A DNA stretch of 64,000 nucleotides from Candidatus Poribacteria bacterium (lineage in GTDB: Bacteria > Poribacteria > WGA-4E > PCPOR2b), in the NCBI GenBank assembly GCA_965208675.1, contig OZ242351.1:576001-640000 (forward strand), in the 5' to 3' direction. The notes under the pieces were generated by a model. It was given only the letters and a program-made list of their open reading frames with translations. It did no database searches and was not told the origin of the DNA. The translations under genes were made by a program, and so were the position numbers. Numbering within the stretch: the first letter of the stretch is position 1; every line of letters starts with the position of its first letter. Below, piece by piece: positions 57,774 to 64,000 of the stretch.

Positions 57774-58817
57774 CTATTCATCCAAAACCTTCGCAAGATA
57801 AAACACAGATTTACCACAGAGTGTCTCTATCTCTTGCATGGCATCGTTTAATTGTGCCTTTCGTGGACATTGGAGCAGGAGTCTATCCGTTGTAAGGGTG
57901 ACATATCGGTGCTGTGTTTTGTGTGTATATTGAGCTTGCTGTTCCCCATCTGTGGTTAGTCGGTATCCATCTCCCAATTCAAACGTCTGACGCACTTTCT
58001 CCCAGTCCAAGTTTTTGTACAACGCTTTTGCAGGCAACTCCCTCGGTGTAGGCGTCTGAGATTTTTGAGTGGGTTCATCTTCATCCACAAAATAGTCTGT
58101 TATATCGCTCGATTTCTGAAAGCCATTGTCTAAGCCGTCAGAAACCTGTTCATCTATTGTGTGTATCTGCTGATCTTGAATGTTCTCACCTTGACCGAAC
58201 GCTAGCAAATCGTAAATGACCCATTGTATCGCTTCGTGCTCATCCCGTCCAAGTTGAGATTGAGTAGACATGGTTTCAAGCGTACGAACACAAATGTTCA
58301 ATATGAGTGGATGGAGATTAAGCGATGCTGGTTCAGCAAGATCAAAAAACATTCGCGTAACTACTGCAATCTCAGCTTTTTCCCTAGCGCCAATACGTTT
58401 TAGCCGTGTTTCGCAGGCTTTAAGCGACTGGCTGATTAGTTGGAGGAAGTTGGGTGTAATCAGGCAGGGCAGCGTTTCGTTGCGGAATTTTTCAGAAATA
58501 GCTTCCAAACAATCCTCGCCTGGTGGCAATTCGTCATGGTCTTCGGCTCGCACATAGTTTAGAGGGGAGAGGCGGAGCAATTCACGTATTTCCTGATGGA
58601 GACGCTCTGTATCAAATCTGATTTTCTCTAGTTCAGGTTCATTAACTAGCAACCCGCTTTTCATGATTCTGTCTTGTAATTGCTCTCCATCTGATTTTGC
58701 ACTCTCCAGCATCCGCTGTTTTCTGAACGCCATCTGCCGCTGGCGGGATTTTCCAACCTGATTCCGTTTAGCACGTTTATTTGCAATGTTAAGTTGCCGA
58801 TTCTTTTTTCTCGCCAT
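57774..58817 (-). CDS. Hypothetical protein with strongly basic N-terminus
   Basis: Long ORF (open from 58856); start placed at MARKKNRQ; no family recognised. Confidence 0.7.
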   Translation of the reverse strand: MARKKNRQLNIANKRAKRNQVGKSRQRQMAFRKQRMLESAKSDGEQLQDRIMKSGLLVNEPELEKIRFDTERLHQEIRELLRLSPLNYVRAEDHDELPPGEDCLEAISEKFRNETLPCLITPNFLQLISQSLKACETRLKRIGAREKAEIAVVTRMFFDLAEPASLNLHPLILNICVRTLETMSTQSQLGRDEHEAIQWVIYDLLAFGQGENIQDQQIHTIDEQVSDGLDNGFQKSSDITDYFVDEDEPTQKSQTPTPRELPAKALYKNLDWEKVRQTFELGDGYRLTTDGEQQAQYTHKTQHRYVTLTTDRLLLQCPRKAQLNDAMQEIETLCGKSVFYLAKVLDE

Positions 58818-59108
58818 TTTTACCGGATGCCGCGGTGTAAGTGAGCGTTGCTCCAATTTGTTGCATCGAACGTAGGAAAGTATACAGAATGAGCACTAAA
58901 TTGTCAACACGGGAATTTTGGGGTTATGACATGAAACCTCAAGCATAAATTGTAGCCCGAGAGGATTCTGAATCCCAATCAATTCGAATAATCACACCCT
59001 CATCTTTCCTACAACGATCCTGTGCGGAACCGATTTTATTTCACGCTGATTGGGGTGGGAAGGTTTAAATTCTGTTCGAATAATCGTGCCATCCACACGC
59101 ACGCTATT

Positions 59109-61484
59109 CTAATGTCTTGGACTAAGCGCTTTTGCAAAGACCTGGTCAACCCGGTCTACAAACACGAAATCAAGCCCCTCTTTTGCATCGTCGGGAATTT
59201 CTGCGAGATCTTTTTCATTTCGCTTCGGAATAATAAAGGTTTTGATTCCCGCCTGTTTAGCCGCGAGGATTTTTTCCTTTACGCCTCCAATTGGTAGTAC
59301 ACGTCCTCTCAATGTAATTTCTCCTGTCATGGCAATTTCAGGATTAACGCTTTGCCCAGTGGCAAGCGAAGTGAGCGCCGTCGCTATTGTGATTCCAGCA
59401 GAAGGTCCATCTTTCGGTATGGCGCCCGCTGGCACGTGTACGTGAATGTCATTCTTCATGAAGAAATCCGGGTTAAATCCTAATTCTCCGGCTTTAGACT
59501 TGACGTAACTCAAAGCTGCCTGAGCAGATTCCTGCATCACTTCACTAAGATGGCCAGTCAGGACGAGTTTACTTTCACCACTCATGCTTGTCGCTTCAAC
59601 GAATAAAATTTCCCCGCCGAATGCAGTGACCGACATACCTGTTGCGACGCCTACCTCTTCCTCTTGTTCGGCAACTTCAGAATGGAATTTGATTGGGCCG
59701 AGGAAAACCGAAATCCCGCTAGGGGTCACATGTGTAAATTGGGCCCCGCCTTCGGCAATCTTGCGGGCGGCTTTTCGGCAAATTGCTCCCAACTCACGTT
59801 CAAGGTTTCGGACGCCTGCCTCACGTGTATACGCTTCAATCACCGTACGAATCGCGTCGTCCGATATTGAGAGCAACTCGTTACTGATTCCATGAGCTTC
59901 CAATTGTCGTGGAATAAGATACTGTTTGGCAATTCCCGTTTTTTCATTTGTGGTATAACCGGGCAGCTCCAGAACTTCCATACGATCTCGTAGGGGGGAA
60001 GGGATAGTGTGAAGCTGGTTGGCGGTTGTAATAAACATCACTCTCGACAGGTCAAACGGGGTGTCAATGTAGTTATCCACAAACGTATTGTTTTGCTCTG
60101 GATCAAGTACTTCAAGCAACGCCGCCGCGGGATCGCCTCTAAAATCCGATCCGAGCTTATCGATTTCGTCTAACATAAAAACCGGATTATTGGATTCTGC
60201 CTGGCGCAATCCCTTTATAATTCGCCCCGGCATCGAGCCGATATATGTTCTCCGATGTCCTCGAATCTCCGCTTCATCGTGTAGCCCGCCTAAAGAGATA
60301 CGGACGAAATTTCTTCCCATGGTTCTCGCAATGGATTTCCCTAATGAAGTCTTTCCGACCCCAGGAGGACCTACGAAGCAGAGAATTGGCCCTTTCATAT
60401 CTTGCTTGAGCATGCGTACAGCGAGATATTCCAGAATTCGGTCTTTGACTTTTTCCAGATCGTAGTGATCTTCGTCAAGAACCTGCTGTGCATGAGAGAT
60501 ATTAAGTTCATCTTCAGCGCTGACTGCCCATGGCAGATTGACGAGCCAATCCAGATAATTCCGGGAAACTGCCGATTCTGGAGAGGAGGCGTGCATTTTG
60601 GACAAGCGATTGAGCTCCTTTTCTGCAACTTTGCGCGCCTTTTCGGGCATTTTTGCGGCTTCAATTTCCTGCCGAATCTCTTCCACCTCCAGTAATAAAT
60701 CATCAGCCTCGCCCAACTCCGTCTGAATGGCCTTTAATTGTTCCCGAAGGAAATATTCACGTTGTCCCTTATTTATCACTGCTTCCGCATCCGACTGAAT
60801 CTTGCTCTCTAGTTCGGTGAGATCTAACTCCTTGGTTAGTATTACAATGAGCTGATTTAACCGGTTTTTGATAGGAATGGTTTCCAACAACAACTGTTTA
60901 TCGTCTGGTTTGAGATCAAGCACAGCGGTGATATAATCCGCAAGCCGTTCTAAATCATCTAAATTTTCAGCGATTATACCTAGCTCTTCCTGGTATCTTG
61001 ACGATAGCTTGACGATTTTTTGAAACAGTTCAACTGCAGTTCGCTTGAGGGCTTCAATCTCAATGGTGGTTTCCTCTTTTTCATCTAGCTCAACAATTCG
61101 AACCTGCACTTTTACAAACGGTTCTGTTTGAATAATATCTTCGATTTGAACCCTTGCGCGTCCTTGCGCGAGAATCAACACATTTTCATCATCCGTTCGG
61201 TACTTTATAATATGGACTAACGCCCCAACCGGAGCAAAATCATCTATCGTCGGCGAATCTGTTTCCTTCAATCGCTTAAAAACACAAATACTTCTAGAAG
61301 TGTTGATCATCGCGTCATCGACAGCGGCAGTGACTGTCTTCCCGGATAACGCGAGATGATGCGGGGAAAACGGCGGAACTGGAGGCATGTGAGGGAAAAT
61401 GACGAGATCGTTCACAATCAGAACCGGAAGTTCTTTCGGAATCTCCAAATCCTTTTTTGGTTCATTCACGAATTCATCCACCAT
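59109..61484 (-). CDS. lon: ATP-dependent protease La
   Basis: Lon N domain, [41 protein letters not shown]. Confidence 0.97.
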   Translation of the reverse strand: MVDEFVNEPKKDLEIPKELPVLIVNDLVIFPHMPPVPPFSPHHLALSGKTVTAAVDDAMINTSRSICVFKRLKETDSPTIDDFAPVGALVHIIKYRTDDENVLILAQGRARVQIEDIIQTEPFVKVQVRIVELDEKEETTIEIEALKRTAVELFQKIVKLSSRYQEELGIIAENLDDLERLADYITAVLDLKPDDKQLLLETIPIKNRLNQLIVILTKELDLTELESKIQSDAEAVINKGQREYFLREQLKAIQTELGEADDLLLEVEEIRQEIEAAKMPEKARKVAEKELNRLSKMHASSPESAVSRNYLDWLVNLPWAVSAEDELNISHAQQVLDEDHYDLEKVKDRILEYLAVRMLKQDMKGPILCFVGPPGVGKTSLGKSIARTMGRNFVRISLGGLHDEAEIRGHRRTYIGSMPGRIIKGLRQAESNNPVFMLDEIDKLGSDFRGDPAAALLEVLDPEQNNTFVDNYIDTPFDLSRVMFITTANQLHTIPSPLRDRMEVLELPGYTTNEKTGIAKQYLIPRQLEAHGISNELLSISDDAIRTVIEAYTREAGVRNLERELGAICRKAARKIAEGGAQFTHVTPSGISVFLGPIKFHSEVAEQEEEVGVATGMSVTAFGGEILFVEATSMSGESKLVLTGHLSEVMQESAQAALSYVKSKAGELGFNPDFFMKNDIHVHVPAGAIPKDGPSAGITIATALTSLATGQSVNPEIAMTGEITLRGRVLPIGGVKEKILAAKQAGIKTFIIPKRNEKDLAEIPDDAKEGLDFVFVDRVDQVFAKALSPRH

Positions 61485-61971
61485 GATTCGCCTCCTTTAG
61501 CGGCTGCTCGTTTTCAGTCTCTTCTTCATTCTGGCGGCCAATCTTTTCCGATTGTTCAACTTTGACTTTGGGAATATCAATCTCAAGGAAACCGCCGACG
61601 TATCTGGCTTGAGGCTTTACAGCATCTGAGAGAACGTCTGGCAGCGCGATAGACCGTTCAAACGGTCCATAATTTATCTCGGCCTGATGATAATGTTGCT
61701 TTTTCAATGCGGTCCGATCTTGTCGATTTCCGTTGATTGTCAAGACATTTCCATCTAGACGAATTTGAATGTCCTCTTCCGGCTTTAGGCCAGCAACTTC
61801 AATCTTGATAACGAAGCTTTCAACCGTTTCGTAAATATCCATAGGCGGCTGCCACAGTGCGGTTTCTGGTGTCAATTTTTGAGGAGGCCGCGTAAAGGAG
61901 TCAAAATGGATTTCAAGCTCCTCTTGCATCTCAAAAAACCCCGTGATCAATTCACTGGGATTTGATTTCAC
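61474..61971 (-). CDS. Hsp20/alpha-crystallin small heat-shock protein
   Basis: WQPPMDIYET, LTING.R, EINYGPFERSI.LP, Y.GG.LEI.IPK; overlaps the lon start. Confidence 0.92.
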   Translation of the reverse strand: MKSNPSELITGFFEMQEELEIHFDSFTRPPQKLTPETALWQPPMDIYETVESFVIKIEVAGLKPEEDIQIRLDGNVLTINGNRQDRTALKKQHYHQAEINYGPFERSIALPDVLSDAVKPQARYVGGFLEIDIPKVKVEQSEKIGRQNEEETENEQPLKEANHGG

Positions 61972-62135
61972 TTTCTTACTCTCCTTTGGCGAAATGATTT
62001 TCTATTAGCGTTTATCGGCGGAAAATCTAGGCGGGGTTATCGAGAAATATTCAATGCAACCTGCGTTACTTGACGTACGGGGTTCGACAGTGGAATTAGA
62101 GCGGATTCACTGCTGCAAATTGAACCAACGAAGTG

Positions 62136-62759
62136 CTAATCAGCCAATTCCGTTTCGTTCAAACCTTCCCCTTCCTTAAATTTCATTCCGAGAGCGATCA
62201 GATCATTCGCCAATGTAAAACGGCTAATTTTATTGTCATCCAACGCGTCCGTCTCAGTAATTAACTCATGCCTCAGTGTGTCGGAGTTTCGTCGCATTTG
62301 GTCGCGCAACTCAGCTATTTGAACGGTTATTGAATTACTTAGTTTGTCAATTTTTTCTTGCACTTCCTGTACCAATGTGTCTGCCACTATGGAAATTTTG
62401 CGAGCATCTGCGATTACTTCGCCAATTACTTGGTTAATCTGTTCATTGATTCTGTTTTCAAACTCTCTTAACTCATTGTGTAAATCCACAGTCAATTCGT
62501 CAATTTTATTATCCAATTTTGTGTCGACATCTTGGGAGAGTGCATTAAACAATTGTTGGAGGTTTTCTAACTCTCTTTCTATTACACGGAATCGGTTTTC
62601 ATCCTCACGAAGCTTAGGCCCAAGAATTACTTCGCGGATAGTATCTGCTGTTTCTGCAGAAGGTGCTGATTCACCGGTTGGCGAGGGGGCAATGGTTGTT
62701 TTTTCATCTTCATGCTCACCAGAGTCGAGCGTCGGATGGGCAGGGTCAATTATACTCAT
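62136..62759 (-). CDS. Acidic coiled-coil hypothetical protein
   Basis: AAGGAG RBS before ATG 62759; IREVILGP..RE.E.RF followed by heptad repeats. Confidence 0.7.
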   Translation of the reverse strand: MSIIDPAHPTLDSGEHEDEKTTIAPSPTGESAPSAETADTIREVILGPKLREDENRFRVIERELENLQQLFNALSQDVDTKLDNKIDELTVDLHNELREFENRINEQINQVIGEVIADARKISIVADTLVQEVQEKIDKLSNSITVQIAELRDQMRRNSDTLRHELITETDALDDNKISRFTLANDLIALGMKFKEGEGLNETELAD

Positions 62760-62894
62760 CAAATTCTCCTTATCGGGACGGTTTATCGGACTAGCGGTCG
62801 GCACAGCAGTTAACAAGCATATTTTATCAAAGGCTTTTAACCAATGTCAAAGAAATCAGGTTGGGTATGGCACGCTCGCGTGAGTCAATGGTGA

Positions 62895-64000
62895 TTAAGG
62901 ATAATTATACAAGTTCTCATCGTCATTGTGATGCTCTTGTGGAGTGGATTGGTTCTGCTGAAATTCACGGAGAATGCAATCGATAATTTCTTTGTTGTAG
63001 GCTTGAGCATTGATTCGTTTCTGATTGGCTTCCCACGCCATTTGCGCGGCAGCTTCAAAATATTCCGCATGCTTATACGCATCAAGAATGTCTGTACCTC
63101 GTGAGAAAGTACCATGTCCAACCCAACATAGTATATGACGCATTTCGTGACGCTGATTCGACGGTAGGTCTTCTTTTTTGAAGAGGCGCAGATTCTCATA
63201 AGAAAGCTCAGGTATACCTGGCGCTTTCTCTTGGACGAATCCGATGCCGCCGGATTTTTCATAAGTGATTGGCGTTTCTGGTTCGTAACCCTTTAAGAAA
63301 TCGTAGAATTGTGATGGACTCCCATACTCACTCCGAGAAATAAGGTTCAAAAACTTCGGCTGCAAATGGACAAGCGCCTTGAAGCCGTGATTTTCGAGCT
63401 GGTCAAAAATCAAGAGGTAGTGGAATAGTTCGCTGGTCGGTTTTGGCGGTGTAATCTGTCCTTGTTCCAATACGGACTCTGACGGCGTGCCATATCTCAT
63501 TCGGTAATGGCGTCCATCGTCTTCGACTTCAACAATTGTTAAATTCAGCGCTGGATGTTCCACTGCAATTGCGTCTAATCTTGAACCGGACTTGGTAATT
63601 AACACCTGTCGCCCCGCTAGCTGTTTTACAGTAATTGCTGCCGGCAAGGAGTAACGAGGGGATTGATTGCGTGGCACCAGACACCGTACATCAATTGTTT
63701 CAGAGAGCAATGCCCCCATGTTGCCGGCTGTTCCCCACAGATAACCGCGCGCATGCGCTTGGCTTCCCAGCCACCCCATTTGTCCAACGAGAACTCCCAT
63801 TTCGCTATCGGACGACAATGGTTGAAGGGCAGCTTGATATCCGCGTGCTTGCCACTGCCGGCAGCGGAAACTCCTCGGCGGAGGTGGAAGTAAATCTTTG
63901 GTGAGATAAGGATTTGATGGCGTTATTCCGCGCACGGTTTTACCCCTTGTAACATGAATTTTGTGTCCCGTCTCGAAAGAAGAATATATCACGCTTGTAC
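62895..64000 (-). CDS. Class II aldolase (rhamnulose-1-phosphate aldolase-like) with N-terminal extension, 5' end outside the window
   Basis: G...GTAGN, LITKSGS, PTSEL, HLQP, PG..EL, W.GHG..S.G....AY...EYFE.AA; frame is open to the window edge. Confidence 0.78.
   Translation of the reverse strand, partial: TSVIYSSFETGHKIHVTRGKTVRGITPSNPYLTKDLLPPPPRSFRCRQWQARGYQAALQPLSSDSEMGVLVGQMGWLGSQAHARGYLWGTAGNMGALLSETIDVRCLVPRNQSPRYSLPAAITVKQLAGRQVLITKSGSRLDAIAVEHPALNLTIVEVEDDGRHYRMRYGTPSESVLEQGQITPPKPTSELFHYLLIFDQLENHGFKALVHLQPKFLNLISRSEYGSPSQFYDFLKGYEPETPITYEKSGGIGFVQEKAPGIPELSYENLRLFKKEDLPSNQRHEMRHILCWVGHGTFSRGTDILDAYKHAEYFEAAAQMAWEANQKRINAQAYNKEIIDCILREFQQNQSTPQEHHNDDENLYNYP

Noticed and set aside
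62113-62139. CIRCE element upstream of hsp20-lon
   Set aside because: Only a right-arm-like AAGTGCTAA is present, with no TTAGCACTC left arm at 9-nt spacing.
1-64000. CRISPR array, rRNA/tRNA genes, IS elements, prophage
   Set aside because: No repeat-spacer periodicity, structural RNA signature, transposase, integrase or phage gene was recognised; the only periodic DNA is coding repeats.

Overview
A gene-dense 64-kb chromosomal window from a diderm bacterium (waaA, OmpA, TonB/ExbB and outer-membrane barrels are present). The gene mix (DUF6785-type membrane protein, PhyH dioxygenase, large TPR proteins, paired NAD-dependent epimerases) resembles Candidatus Poribacteria; this is inference only. 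Housekeeping genes include purQ, hisC, trpF, prs, mtnP, waaA, trxA, lon/hsp20, a TrmH methylase, ComF and a tRNase Z. I found no rRNA, tRNA, CRISPR array or intact mobile element. Highlights: (1) an 845-aa tandem-duplicated class V FBP aldolase/phosphatase whose halves appear to have kept complementary active-site motifs; (2) a FadR-controlled 8-gene cobalamin methyl-transfer operon (unknown protein, MtaA/CmuA-type methyltransferase, corrinoid protein, RACo activator, MeTr, PF13769 protein, Ldh_2 dehydrogenase, homocysteine methyltransferase) for an unknown methylated substrate; (3) an unannotated 34-aa Arg/Lys-rich ORF with a perfect Shine-Dalgarno and a possible RNA switch; (4) a ModA-ModB fusion, a membrane-anchored pseudo-caspase, a TPR/barrel/ExbB/TonB operon without ExbD, an Nmad3 gene with one in-frame TGA, and a decayed HNH nuclease. 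All family calls come from recognising motifs by eye, not from database searches.
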